64,000 bases of DNA from a virus. The stretch spans positions 40,852 to 104,851 of the IMG/VR virus record IMGVR_UViG_3300042987_002978. One strand, 5' to 3'. A model generated the notes under the pieces. That model ran no database searches. It was given only the letters and a program-made list of their open reading frames with translations, and was not told the DNA's origin. Numbering within the stretch: position 1 is the first letter of the stretch; every line of letters starts with the position of its first letter. Below, piece after piece: positions 10,075 to 20,063 of the stretch. The translations under genes and the position numbers were made by a program.

Positions 10075-13000
10075 TTACTCGGTATCCGGCTCTTTCATGT
10101 GCAGCCACATCGCCGCGGCAATGGCAAGAACCGTCGATATTCCGGCAATTTTCTGAATAGGCCCGGACAAAGTTAAATAAACGACAAGTGAGCCCGCAAT
10201 CGTGAAGCCCATGTTCATGAGCCCGTACGAGAACTTCTTGAAGAATGCTTTCCAGTCCATCACTTTCACCCCATTTACGTACTTAAAGATGCTGATGTTC
10301 TTTATCCAATCTAAACCATCGCCGGCAATCTCGCCTTGAGGCTCTTCCTCGTCATCCTCTCGTCTAGCCGCAGTGTCCTGTCGCGTGCTCGGCGCACTTG
10401 GGCCAGACGATGAAGGTGAGCCACCCGACATTCCGCCAGTCGCTGTCATTGAAACGGCAGCAGCAGACGTGAGCAGTCCCGCTGCGATGACCGTGCGGCG
10501 CTCTCCGACGCTGATGTTCTGGTTCAACATCTTGTATCCGTCAAATGCGCCTTGGAACAAGTCCACGACATCCTCAAAGACTTCACGGACATCAGAGGGT
10601 GCTTCCTGGACCGCGTCCACGATTTGCTCGGCAACTTCTTCTGTAAGTTGCTCTGCCTCGACGCTCTCAAATACCTGTGCGGCCTGTTCCGTACTGACCG
10701 ACTCAAGAACGGCAGGATTGGAGGCAAGAGTTGCTGCTACTTCTTGACTGACCCCAGCCTCGATTACAGCGGCCACCACGGCCACGATTTGTTCTTTCTG
10801 CTCTTCTGTCAAGGACTTGGGGTCTTCCACTTTGGTGATTGCCTCGATTACCTCGGCCACCACCTCAGCAACCCTGTCTTCGGGGACGGAATCAATCAGG
10901 TCAGCCACGACTTCTGCCGTCTCTTCGGGGGAGGCGTCCTCCAGTTCGGAAACTGCCTCTTCTACGGCTTCAGAAACCTCAGACTCTGGCTCTGGTACCG
11001 TTGTTTCTGGTGAGACAGGTTCTGGGTCTTCTTGCTCTTGGGGCAACACTGTTGTTTCAGTTGGCTGTTCTTCTTGCTCTGGCTCTACGGGGTCCTCTGG
11101 AAGAGTCGTATCTGGAGAAACATCAGCAGGGGTAGACGGTGTTGTTGTTTCGGGCTCTTCGACAGGCTCTGGTGTCGTGGTGGTCGTTGAATCGGTCTCT
11201 TCGGGAATGGTCGTCTCAACAGGCTCAGGCTGAGTGGTCGTCGTCGTCTCAGGCTCAGGCTCAGGCTCGGTCGTTGTTGTCGGAGGAACAGTCGTTATCG
11301 GGGGAGGCGCTTCCGTCGTCGTTGGAGCGGGGGCTTGGGTCGTAGTCGTCTGAGGAGCAGGGGCGACAGTCGTCGTAGTAGTGCTGGTCGTGGTAGTAGT
11401 CGTGGTACTGGTCGTCGTGGTCGTGGTGGTCGTCGAAGTAGTGGGGTCAACCACCGTCACGTCGACAGTCGAGTACGGCCCGTATGTGCATGAGCCTTGG
11501 CCTTCGCCAACACATGCAGCGCTTCCGGCGCGAACCTTGAATCTGACAGGTCCGTATCCGGTGGTTCCCGGAAATTGATACGAACCGACCACATAGGCGG
11601 TATTCGTGGCGTATGTCCACACACCCCAGCCGCCAGACTCGACATTATTGTTCAAGTCGAACCAACTGACGTCGTACATGTGCGGTGAAAGATTGCCTGA
11701 GGCTGGGGCATCCCAATCAAGAGAAACGCTTCCGTCTTGGTTGGCCGAACCTGTCAAGTTTTGAACTTGATTAAAATACGGGACAACCGTAGTCGTAGTT
11801 GTAGTCGTAGTGGTCGTAGTGGTTGTTGTGGTTGTTGTAAAAGTTGGATTCGGGTCGACAACGCTCGCCACCGCAGTTGAATTGCTGTAGCGGAGCATGT
11901 CAACAAAGTAAATGTCTCCTTCTGCCGGAAGGGAGAATGACGAAATAATCTTGCCGTTTCCGTTGAAGTAAATCTCTTTGTAATAGCCAGGTGCTTGGCA
12001 GGTCGAGCATCCTGCTGTCAATACCGAGTTTCCAATGGTAAATGTTGTGGTTGTTCCGTCTGAATATGTCACAGTTCCAGTTGCATCACCGTTCTTCGCC
12101 CCGACACGGAAGTAAAAACTTCTTGGAGTTGCCGATGATGGAAGTGTGAACAGCGCTGACTGCGACGGGTTGCCGGCATACACGGCAACACCGGTCGTGC
12201 CGTAACCGTTGTTCATGTTTGCGTAATACCAACCTGATTGATTGCTTGACGTGAGCGCACTTCCATTCACTGAAACCGTCACTCCAGTTGTCGGTCCTGG
12301 ACCCTCAAAATCCTCCGTTGTTTCCGTTCCGGTGCCAGGAGAGGGAACAGTCGTGCTCGTAGTGGTCGTTGTCGTTGGCGCAGGCGCAGTCACGGTGATG
12401 TTCATTGATTCGCTTACCACGATGCTTGACGGCATGTTGTATTCAGCGACATAACCTCCGACGCTTGACCAGGAATCGGGAAGGTCGTTCCAGCAGTTGC
12501 CGCCACTCCATTTGGTGACAGCGGCATCCTCGTTGCCTGAGTTGTTGGGCTCGCCACCGCACCACTTGGCGTAGTTCCCGCCTTGTGCAGACCCGTTGCT
12601 AACGCCGCGCCAGACAAGCGTTCCTTGTTCAGGAGAGCCGTCGTATGGGTCAAGAACCCAGTCACCTTCGACTGCCCTGTCGGAAAGGGCTATCCAGATG
12701 TTGTACGCACCTTGGATTTTGCTGAGGACGAACTCGTGTTCCGCGTCGGATGTGATGGTCACCAAATAGCCATTTACTCCGCTGATTGTTCTTGTCCGCG
12801 CCGCTGTCCTTGCATTCAAGTAACTGATGTTCCCTTGGACAAATTCATACAAATGGCCGTTAAAAAATGCAGTGTTGTTGACTTTCTCAGATACCTCAAT
12901 AGTCAATGTTGCGGAACCAGCCGTCGCGCCAGAATCCAGAGTCATCGCATCAAGCGCCGTATTGATGTTCGTTTGATTGCCAGTGAAATTGATTTGCGAA

Positions 13001-13308
13001 GTGTTGGTCCAAGACGTGTACCCAGACTCAAGCGTCAATCCAGTCGTCGTCGGCAAGTTGACCTTCGCAGCAGTTGAGCCAGAAACAGTGATGCTCACCA
13101 AAAGATTGGCGGATTCACTAAAGCCAGAAACTTGAAAATCATCACTGAGGGCAAGCCCGTTTTGGCCGCTGACAGTTGTTATGTCAGAAGGTGCCGCAAC
13201 GGACTCTCCCGCAGCGTTCGCTGTTTTCAGAGGTGTGCCAAAACTGAAAAGCATGCACATGAAACACGTCAACCAAATCAGTGCTTCGAACGGTCTGCGC
13301 CTCAACAT
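10075..13308 (-). CDS. Large surface protein: signal peptide, C-type lectin domain, FN3-like domain, poly-Thr mucin-like stalk, acidic helical region, C-terminal membrane anchor
   Basis: FNGHLY..GYLVTITSDAEHEFV..WIALSD..EGDW..W..GEPNN..ED..WNDL (CTLD). VSLDWDAP..Y.FKVRA (FN3). Long T tracts. Two C-terminal hydrophobic helices. Confidence 0.85.
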   Translation of the reverse strand: MLRRRPFEALIWLTCFMCMLFSFGTPLKTANAAGESVAAPSDITTVSGQNGLALSDDFQVSGFSESANLLVSITVSGSTAAKVNLPTTTGLTLESGYTSWTNTSQINFTGNQTNINTALDAMTLDSGATAGSATLTIEVSEKVNNTAFFNGHLYEFVQGNISYLNARTAARTRTISGVNGYLVTITSDAEHEFVLSKIQGAYNIWIALSDRAVEGDWVLDPYDGSPEQGTLVWRGVSNGSAQGGNYAKWCGGEPNNSGNEDAAVTKWSGGNCWNDLPDSWSSVGGYVAEYNMPSSIVVSESMNITVTAPAPTTTTTTSTTVPSPGTGTETTEDFEGPGPTTGVTVSVNGSALTSSNQSGWYYANMNNGYGTTGVAVYAGNPSQSALFTLPSSATPRSFYFRVGAKNGDATGTVTYSDGTTTTFTIGNSVLTAGCSTCQAPGYYKEIYFNGNGKIISSFSLPAEGDIYFVDMLRYSNSTAVASVVDPNPTFTTTTTTTTTTTTTTTTTVVPYFNQVQNLTGSANQDGSVSLDWDAPASGNLSPHMYDVSWFDLNNNVESGGWGVWTYATNTAYVVGSYQFPGTTGYGPVRFKVRAGSAACVGEGQGSCTYGPYSTVDVTVVDPTTSTTTTTTTTSTTTTTTTSTTTTTVAPAPQTTTTQAPAPTTTEAPPPITTVPPTTTTEPEPEPETTTTTQPEPVETTIPEETDSTTTTTPEPVEEPETTTPSTPADVSPDTTLPEDPVEPEQEEQPTETTVLPQEQEDPEPVSPETTVPEPESEVSEAVEEAVSELEDASPEETAEVVADLIDSVPEDRVAEVVAEVIEAITKVEDPKSLTEEQKEQIVAVVAAVIEAGVSQEVAATLASNPAVLESVSTEQAAQVFESVEAEQLTEEVAEQIVDAVQEAPSDVREVFEDVVDLFQGAFDGYKMLNQNISVGERRTVIAAGLLTSAAAVSMTATGGMSGGSPSSSGPSAPSTRQDTAARREDDEEEPQGEIAGDGLDWIKNISIFKYVNGVKVMDWKAFFKKFSYGLMNMGFTIAGSLVVYLTLSGPIQKIAGISTVLAIAAAMWLHMKEPDTE

Positions 13309-13356
13309 AGCAGGAAGAATAAATCTTCCGGCTAGATAGTGTTTATAATTGCGCGA

Positions 13357-14469
13357 TTATAGTTTCGCTATCTTGTTAAAGACTTCTATCCACTGCGACG
13401 CTGTTTGTTTGATGGAAAACTGTTTGGACACTATCGTTCTTGCTCTTCTTGACTCTTCTTCTCGTTTAGCAAGATTCAGGAACGAATCAAGGTGATTTTC
13501 CCATTCTTGTTGTGATGAGGCGACTCGGCCCACCCCAGCATTGGCAAGGTACTCGTACTCCGGAAGATTTGATGCGACAAAAGGAATTCCTGCCGCCGCA
13601 TACTCAAGACCTTTTATGAATGACTTGGCTCGATTGAACGGTATGTCGTTTAGCGGGACGATTCCGATATCAAAATTTGCGTAGACATTGGGCAAGTCGT
13701 AGAGCGGCACCATGGGACTGACGGAGCACAAATCGGGGTTTATCTTGAGCCTCAGATAGGCAGGACCAGCCCAAGGGATGTGTCCTGCATGGTGGAAACG
13801 GGCATCGCGACTGGTCAGATATTCGTTGAAGAACGGCGATATCTGCTCAAGGTCCATGGACCGCCACGGCGTGGCACCGAGCCACCCAATTATCGGCTTG
13901 CGCTTCACCGTCCTGAATCGAGTCCATCTTTCTATGTCAATGGCGTTGCGGACCATGAATATGGGCTTCTTGGGGTATTTCTTTTTGTAGTACTGCTCTA
14001 TGAATGGCGTAGAGCAGATTAGGGCGTCGGCGTTCTTGATTATCTCCGCGTAAATCTCCCTGTTGCTTTCTTTGGATTTTGCAGGGTCGGTCGACCTATA
14101 GGCGTGGTTTGTTTCGTGCAGTTCTTCGTGAAGGTCGTCGATATCTACCACGATTTTTTGACCGATGGCTTTTGCTTTCGGCATCGCCTCAAGGGTCTGT
14201 GCCGACATGATTACCTTGAGAACGATTATTCCGTGCCTGTGCGAAAACGTGTCGTTCAGCCGCTTGATGACGAACTTACCGTTTGGCTTTATGGACAAGA
14301 ACCCGAAACTTGCGTGGATTCCGGCAAGATTCAACTGCTGTGCCGGAAGTATGCACCTGTACCACGTGCAGCCGTTCGGTACGTATTGGTCTTCGTCTCT
14401 TCCCCAATCGAGCGAAGCAAACCCGACGCTGAACGTAAGTCCTTCGTCTTTGAAAACGTGGCGATTCAT
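13357..14469 (-). CDS. GT-B (GT4-like) glycosyltransferase, paralog 2
   Basis: DIDD, IGWLG, DIGIVPL..FNRAKSFIKGLEYAAAGIPFVAS. ATGA overlap with the upstream gene. Confidence 0.88.
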   Translation of the reverse strand: MNRHVFKDEGLTFSVGFASLDWGRDEDQYVPNGCTWYRCILPAQQLNLAGIHASFGFLSIKPNGKFVIKRLNDTFSHRHGIIVLKVIMSAQTLEAMPKAKAIGQKIVVDIDDLHEELHETNHAYRSTDPAKSKESNREIYAEIIKNADALICSTPFIEQYYKKKYPKKPIFMVRNAIDIERWTRFRTVKRKPIIGWLGATPWRSMDLEQISPFFNEYLTSRDARFHHAGHIPWAGPAYLRLKINPDLCSVSPMVPLYDLPNVYANFDIGIVPLNDIPFNRAKSFIKGLEYAAAGIPFVASNLPEYEYLANAGVGRVASSQQEWENHLDSFLNLAKREEESRRARTIVSKQFSIKQTASQWIEVFNKIAKL

Positions 14470-15572
14470 GTTATGTCCATGATGCTGGTGTACACGTGTT
14501 CCCATTGCGATGCGAAAGAATCGATTGAGAAGTGCTCGGTTATTATTTCTTTGTTCAACTCCGACTCGTCGACGCGCATGTTGTAATCCATCAGTTCGTT
14601 GAAATGCGCAATCCACTCTTCGTCCGTTTTCGCTATTCTTCCCACTCCGGCGTCCGCCAGGTATTGATATTCTGGAGTATGGGACGCGACGAACGGGATT
14701 CCTGCGGCGGCATATTCAAGGCCTTTCAAATATGACTTTGCGTGGTTGAATTCGACGTTGTTCAAAGGGACTATGCCGATATCGATGTTCTTGTAGAGTT
14801 CCGGAAGTTGCGTCATAGGAAGCATCGGCGTGGTGCTTACTTGCTTGTCGTCGATTCCAAGAAGCGAGGCGGCGCTGTCCGCCGCGGCTATGTGGCCGGA
14901 GTGGTGAAAAGTCGTGTTCTGCGATATCAGGTATTCCTTGAAGAAGGACGACAACTGCTCTAAGTCTCTTGAACGCCACGGAGTCGCGCCAACCCAACCG
15001 ATTACAGGTACGGAACGTCTGGTGTTGCGCTTGGGCCACCGACCGATGTCGATGGAGTTTCTCACCATGAACACAGGCTTTGTAGGGTGCTTTTTTGAAT
15101 AAAAGTCGTACAGGAACGGCGTCGAGCAAATCAGGGCATCGGCCATTTCAATGACTTGAAAATAGATATCGCGATTGTTGTCCTTGTGAAGTTCCGGGTC
15201 GGTCTGCTGACGAGCCCTGTTCGTCTCGGGAAGATTGTCGAACCAGTCGTCTATATCAACGACCACACGGACCTTGTTCGCTTTTGCTATTTGTACCGCT
15301 ATGAGGTTTGCGGCGTGCATCGGCAGTTTGAACACCAGCATTTTGTGACCCGAATAGATACCTTCCGTCTTGTACAGAGGTGCACGTACGCGAACGCCCA
15401 CCTTGCCGTCGGCGACCGATATGGTTCCGATTTGGCAGGCATGATTACGTCGAATCATTGCCATTGCCGGAAGAATGCAGCGATACCAAGTGCAGCCGTT
15501 GGGAAAAGACAGATTCTGGACTTGAGACCAGTCCTGAGAGATGAACCCGATGCTGAGCGGCGTGGTTGGCAC
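14466..15572 (-). CDS. GT-B (GT4-like) glycosyltransferase, paralog 1
   Basis: Same motifs (FNHAKSYLKGLEYAAAGIPFVAS). Shares PNGCTWYRCILPA with its neighbour. Leaderless GTG 6 nt after TAACGT. Confidence 0.88.
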   Translation of the reverse strand: MPTTPLSIGFISQDWSQVQNLSFPNGCTWYRCILPAMAMIRRNHACQIGTISVADGKVGVRVRAPLYKTEGIYSGHKMLVFKLPMHAANLIAVQIAKANKVRVVVDIDDWFDNLPETNRARQQTDPELHKDNNRDIYFQVIEMADALICSTPFLYDFYSKKHPTKPVFMVRNSIDIGRWPKRNTRRSVPVIGWVGATPWRSRDLEQLSSFFKEYLISQNTTFHHSGHIAAADSAASLLGIDDKQVSTTPMLPMTQLPELYKNIDIGIVPLNNVEFNHAKSYLKGLEYAAAGIPFVASHTPEYQYLADAGVGRIAKTDEEWIAHFNELMDYNMRVDESELNKEIITEHFSIDSFASQWEHVYTSIMDIT

Positions 15573-15621
15573 GCCTATACGTTAGCGAAAATACTTGCTC
15601 AGCACCCGCAGATTATGTGTT

Positions 15622-16209
15622 TTATAGGGGCACCCAGTGGTCAAGCGAATTCAAAGATTTTTGTATGCTGCCGTATGAATGTATGTCAAACGCAATCGTT
15701 ATTCGTGGTTCATCTTTTAGGGGCTTGGATGTTTTGTGGAAATTATCGTTTGACTTTGCAAACACCAGCAACCCGTCCTTTGAGTCAACTTTTATGCGTT
15801 GACCATCATCGAACTTGTACTGAGTATTTCCTGCACTTGACTTGACACAAAAAAATCCGTGGTACGAATGCTTGCTGCCATAGTGTCTGTGCCAATCAAG
15901 TTTTTGTTTGTCTCTGTAAACATTCACCCAGCCTTGAATGTAGTATTTTTTGGACACATCAATGTCTGCCGAATAAAAGGTATCTCTTATCGCACAGTAG
16001 AGAGAATTAAGTTCTACGGACGGATAGCAAAAAACGTTGTAAAAGTCTGCCACCCGCGTGCCGAACGGGGTGTCTTCATCAATTTTGTAGTTTTGTGGTT
16101 TGTCTGAAAGCGTGCTGGCAACCAACTCTTCTATCTCCAGACATTGTTCAGAAAGTTCTCGCAGGTCAATTTCTTCCAGCAGAACAGAAACTATTTTTCT
16201 TCTTGCCAT
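15622..16209 (-). CDS. 2OG-Fe(II) oxygenase-like protein
   Basis: GWVNVY..LDWHRH..YHGFFCV..FHKT..RITIAFDI (HxH...H...R). Confidence 0.75.
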   Translation of the reverse strand: MARRKIVSVLLEEIDLRELSEQCLEIEELVASTLSDKPQNYKIDEDTPFGTRVADFYNVFCYPSVELNSLYCAIRDTFYSADIDVSKKYYIQGWVNVYRDKQKLDWHRHYGSKHSYHGFFCVKSSAGNTQYKFDDGQRIKVDSKDGLLVFAKSNDNFHKTSKPLKDEPRITIAFDIHSYGSIQKSLNSLDHWVPL

Positions 16210-16219
16210 ATGCTCAGTC

Positions 16220-16741
16220 TCAGAAATAGTTAAAGTTGATAACAATTCTGTATTTCGTGTTCGTGTGCGTTGTCCCAGCGTGGCTCATTGTTGCCGGGAA
16301 TACAACGACTCTATTGGCAACACTTTCTACTTTTGTGCCATCCTCGAACAATGTATATCCGTCATTCGTGTTTAAGTAGTAAATGGCAGTCTTCATTGCT
16401 GACATGACCTCAGGTTTTCGCAGCATCGTAGGATAAGCAATGTCCGTGTGCATGTCTGATACTTCTATGGTCGGTGTTGATGGTCTGAAATTTGCTTTTG
16501 CCCTGACAAGTACGTCCGACTTCAAATTGCGCAGAAGTGGGGCCAGCACAGAGTAGTAGGGGCTCGTCTGACTGTTGTCCCTGTAGAAAATGTGGGTGAA
16601 TTGAAAATCGTTCAGCGAGCGACTGGGTTTGTCTTTGTAGACTACGCTGTTGTTGTAATGCCAATTAAATTTCACGTCGGTCAGCGTCGTAAATATAGCC
16701 GAGTGTTCTTCCTTTTTGAGGAATTCGTCAATGATTTCCAC
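16220..16741 (-). CDS. 2OG-Fe(II) oxygenase
   Basis: MHTD..TAIYYLNTNDGYT.F..KVESVANRVVVFP..HAGT..RIVINFNY. GTG start 7 nt after TATACT. Confidence 0.85.
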   Translation of the reverse strand: MEIIDEFLKKEEHSAIFTTLTDVKFNWHYNNSVVYKDKPSRSLNDFQFTHIFYRDNSQTSPYYSVLAPLLRNLKSDVLVRAKANFRPSTPTIEVSDMHTDIAYPTMLRKPEVMSAMKTAIYYLNTNDGYTLFEDGTKVESVANRVVVFPATMSHAGTTHTNTKYRIVINFNYF

Positions 16742-16776
16742 GCTGCCAAGTATAGTAGAATGATACGGAGAAAAAT
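16742..16776. promoter_or_regulatory. Back-to-back -10 boxes of a 35-bp divergent promoter
   Basis: TATACT on the minus strand (16749-16754) and TAGAAT on the plus strand (16756-16761), then GGAG. Confidence 0.6.
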
Positions 16777-17451
16777 ATGTTGATTCAGCCGTACGCAATC
16801 TACGACAATTTCTTGGATGACCCAAGCGCAGTAATCAGGTCTCTTCGCTCGCAAAGGTATTACGTGCAGGGACTACCGGATACGGGACAAGTGTCGAACA
16901 ATGACATACCTCTGGAAATCAACTACGGAGACGAAAGCGTCACCGGAGACCCGAGGTTTGGTTCGCCCTACTGGAAGGGCTACAGGACCAGGGACCTGCA
17001 AGAAATAGACATGGACAGTTACAACATAATCATGAGCAAGTTGCTTGAGCACATATTCGGCTCGTTCACATTGGCACAGATTGAGTTTGACGCCGAAACA
17101 CATTTCCACCTCATGACCAAAGACTTTGTTTTTACTGATACGTGGTTCCACTCCGACGCCAGCAAATTCATTGCCGGCGTTTTGTACCTGGCAGAAGACC
17201 CTGGTCCGAACAGTGGGACGGCGCTGATGATAAACGGTGAAAAAGTCTCAATAGAAAACAAGTTCAACAGGTTGATTGTCTATAACGCTGGCTTGACGCA
17301 CAGCGCAGAAGGCTGTTTCGGGGACTCGCTTGAGAACTGCAGGGCTACGTTTGTATTTTTTATCCGGAATATCTTGCTGTTCAACGACATATTGGAACAG
17401 CAGGAACCGACATCAATGGGCAATCAGCACAATTACATAGGCGGATACTGA
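16777..17451 (+). CDS. 2OG-Fe(II) oxygenase-like protein
   Basis: YDNFLDDP..WKGYRT..WFHSD..AGVLYL..FNRLIVYNA..HSA..RATFVFF. Confidence 0.8.
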   Translation: MLIQPYAIYDNFLDDPSAVIRSLRSQRYYVQGLPDTGQVSNNDIPLEINYGDESVTGDPRFGSPYWKGYRTRDLQEIDMDSYNIIMSKLLEHIFGSFTLAQIEFDAETHFHLMTKDFVFTDTWFHSDASKFIAGVLYLAEDPGPNSGTALMINGEKVSIENKFNRLIVYNAGLTHSAEGCFGDSLENCRATFVFFIRNILLFNDILEQQEPTSMGNQHNYIGGY

Positions 17452-17458
17452 CAGGCCA

Positions 17459-19165
17459 ATGAGAATCGTAGGAATAAGTACCGCGCACGATAGTTCTGTT
17501 GCCTCATATTGCGACGGCGAAATTGAGTTCTTCATGAAAGAAGAGCGGATTACCAAGCGCAAGAGGGACAAGAACCCATTCGCAGCCATGGTGGAAACGG
17601 CCAAATTCTTGGGCAACAAGAAAATCGACGCAGTCGCGGTATCTGCACCGCACAACACTGATGTCGACAGTTACTTGTTCGCGATAATCGATGCCGCGAC
17701 AAAGATTTTCAAGACAAACAACATATACAAACTCTTCAACAGCCATCACTTGTGCCATGCTTCGTTGGCTTTTTACAACAGTGGATTTGACAATGCTGTC
17801 GTGGTAATCGTGGACAGAAACGGCTCGAACAATCCGAATTCAAATATGCTGCTTTTCGAGTCCGAAACGGTTTTCACCGCGGAATACCCAAGTTCATTCA
17901 AGGAAATAAAGAAGAACTACTGGCTTGCGCAGCGCGGGCAAAGTTCTGATGCGTTCCTGTTGGAACTCGTTCCCAGAGAGAAAACAAAGAGACCAGGATG
18001 TGAAATATCGTACGAGAGTTTGTACGGCATCACCAAGGTCTACGAAACTGCGACCATTCTCATAGGCGAAGGAATTCTGGAAAACGGCAAGACGATGGGA
18101 CTTGCTGCATACGGGAACGAAAACCAAGATTTTCCCAATCTGTTTCTTGACAACGGCTGTCCCAACGACTCCCTGTTCTCCTATGCGATGAGCAGTCGTG
18201 ACAATACGCTTGCTGCGATATATAAAGAATACGCAGGCAAGATGACCAAAACGGTCGACAAAAACGACTATCAGTTTTATGCGGACTATGCGTATCAAGT
18301 TCAAAAGCAAACACAAGAACAGGTGGCAAAACTCATTGAGACGGCGGTACAGCGAACAGGCATAAAGAACGTTTGCGTCTCTGGTGGTTACGGTTTGAAC
18401 GTTGTTGCCAACGGCTACTACATATCGAAGTTCCCAGACGTCAATTTCTTCTTTGAGCCGCTCGCCGATGACACCGGGAACAGCATTGGCGCGGCAATGC
18501 TTGTTTATAGAGAATTGTCAAAAGACAAAACCATACGACCGTTGAAGTCGACTTTCTTCAACGGCCACGAGCCGCATATTTCAGCAGAAGAATTTGACAG
18601 GCACCCGATTTCATATGGCAAGGCAACCGTCAACGATGTTGCAAGATTGTTGGCGGACAACGCAAAACTTGCCATGTTTGCCGGCAAGGCGGAGGGCGGT
18701 CCGAGAGCGCTCGGGAACAGGTCGATTTTGTTTTACCCAAATCTTGCCGACTCAAAAGACATCGTAAATCGAATTAAGAAACGAGAGTGGTACAGGCCGT
18801 TTGCGGCATGTGTCTTGAAAGAAGATGCCTGGGAATACTTTGACATGATGTCGCTGACCGAAAGCCCGTACATGACCGTTTCTTTCGACTGCCGCGCCAT
18901 GACAAAAGAATTGTTTCCGGGGATTGTCCATGTTGACAATTCGTGCAGAGTGCAGACGGTAGGCGAGGAGAACAAGAACCTACATTCCTTGTTGACGGCA
19001 ATAAAAGAACTGACTGGTCACGGGTTGTTGTTGAATACAAGTTTCAATTTGGCCGGCAGCCCGCTGGTTGAAACTATTGACGATGCGATAAAGGTCATGA
19101 TGGAATCAGAACTTGAATACATCTGGATTCCAGAACACCAGACGCTGCTAGGCAAGCAGCGATAG
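17459..19165 (+). CDS. O-carbamoyltransferase (NodU/CmcH/TobZ family)
   Basis: HDSS, EERITKRK, HHLCHA, GKTMGLAAYG, SGGYGLNVVAN, GPRALGNRS, KREWYRPFA, HVDNSCRVQTV, NTSFNLAG.PLVE. Confidence 0.93.
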   Translation: MRIVGISTAHDSSVASYCDGEIEFFMKEERITKRKRDKNPFAAMVETAKFLGNKKIDAVAVSAPHNTDVDSYLFAIIDAATKIFKTNNIYKLFNSHHLCHASLAFYNSGFDNAVVVIVDRNGSNNPNSNMLLFESETVFTAEYPSSFKEIKKNYWLAQRGQSSDAFLLELVPREKTKRPGCEISYESLYGITKVYETATILIGEGILENGKTMGLAAYGNENQDFPNLFLDNGCPNDSLFSYAMSSRDNTLAAIYKEYAGKMTKTVDKNDYQFYADYAYQVQKQTQEQVAKLIETAVQRTGIKNVCVSGGYGLNVVANGYYISKFPDVNFFFEPLADDTGNSIGAAMLVYRELSKDKTIRPLKSTFFNGHEPHISAEEFDRHPISYGKATVNDVARLLADNAKLAMFAGKAEGGPRALGNRSILFYPNLADSKDIVNRIKKREWYRPFAACVLKEDAWEYFDMMSLTESPYMTVSFDCRAMTKELFPGIVHVDNSCRVQTVGEENKNLHSLLTAIKELTGHGLLLNTSFNLAGSPLVETIDDAIKVMMESELEYIWIPEHQTLLGKQR

Positions 19166-19174
19166 CCGCAAAGG

Positions 19175-19516
19175 CTATTGATTGTTGGCCGTAAAATCTC
19201 CGGTCGTTTCGTCGTAAGTCCAATTTGGCTGGACGACGTTTTTCTGGGTCGCCTGCATGTGAACGACCTTCGGGTTGGCAGCAAGGGCAGCGGCGAGTTC
19301 TGCCGCGAGTTCTTTGTGCGCAACATGGACAGCACCGACAACCCCGTCGACGACAAGGGCAAAAAATTCATAGTCTTCTGGGTGCTCGGCAGAAGTACGC
19401 ACGGCAGGAACCTCGGAATCCACGGCATCCTGGTGATAACGAATCAACTCTTCAAGAGTCAAATTCTCGATTATCGCTCGCAGTTCTTGTTCTGTGCTCG
19501 AATCTAATGCTGCCAT
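19175..19516 (-). CDS. Hypothetical protein (fibre-associated type, FALVVDG..AAL.ANPKVV..WTYD..GDF)
   Basis: AAGGGG RBS. Last gene of a three-gene unit after the Cys-rich tip protein. Confidence 0.7.
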   Translation of the reverse strand: MAALDSSTEQELRAIIENLTLEELIRYHQDAVDSEVPAVRTSAEHPEDYEFFALVVDGVVGAVHVAHKELAAELAAALAANPKVVHMQATQKNVVQPNWTYDETTGDFTANNQ

Positions 19517-19538
19517 GTTGACCCCTTAATAAGGTACA

Positions 19539-19703
19539 TCACCATTTGCCGATTGGACATGAGGCCAATTTCAGGCGCGTTTTTACGCGCATGAAACACT
19601 TGCACTCTTTGCATTGGCCGGTCGGCTTGAAAAAGCGAGGACAGGCCTTGCATATGTCAAGCCGCTCTTCATGAAAAGGTCGAGATTGCGTTGACCCTGT
19701 CAT
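19539..19703 (-). CDS. 54-aa Cys-rich metal-binding protein (not in ORF track)
   Basis: My translation is MTGSTQSRPFHEERLDICKACPRFFKPTGQCKECKCFMRVKTRLKLASCPIGKW. ATGA overlap with the upstream gene. Resembles DUF6171-type proteins. Confidence 0.8.
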   Translation of the reverse strand: MTGSTQSRPFHEERLDICKACPRFFKPTGQCKECKCFMRVKTRLKLASCPIGKW

Positions 19704-20014
19704 TGTCCCTCTTCGGTGCCTTCAAGTGCATCAAGATATGCAGGCCATCTGTGGTTTTCAAAAATCCAAAGGCTTTGAGTCGCATTGATGTATGAATAAA
19801 TTTTTGTCGGAGGGGGATTGATGCCAGAGTCAGCGGCATCTAAAAATGCCTCGACCGCAGACCTCAATTCGCTTTTTACGTGCTCTTCAAGTGCTTCAAT
19901 GAGGCTTTCATCCTTCTCGCACAATTCAACAAGTGCGTCATCGTCAGAAAGAACGATGAACTCGCCATCGTGAATGATTACCGGACCGTTTGTTGTCGAA
20001 CGAATTTCAAACAT
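19700..20014 (-). CDS. Hypothetical acidic protein
   Basis: 104 aa. Upstream TGGTATAAT -10 and AAAGGCAGG RBS. Confidence 0.7.
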   Translation of the reverse strand: MFEIRSTTNGPVIIHDGEFIVLSDDDALVELCEKDESLIEALEEHVKSELRSAVEAFLDAADSGINPPPTKIYSYINATQSLWIFENHRWPAYLDALEGTEEGQ

Positions 20015-20063
20015 TTTTCCTGCCTTTAATAAGTTATTGCATTATACCAAAATGGATGGGTTT

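Noticed and set aside
11330-11840. (GTC/GTA/GTG)n microsatellite as a phase-variable repeat
   Set aside because: These are in-frame mixed Thr codons encoding poly-Thr linkers, not a pure slippage tract.
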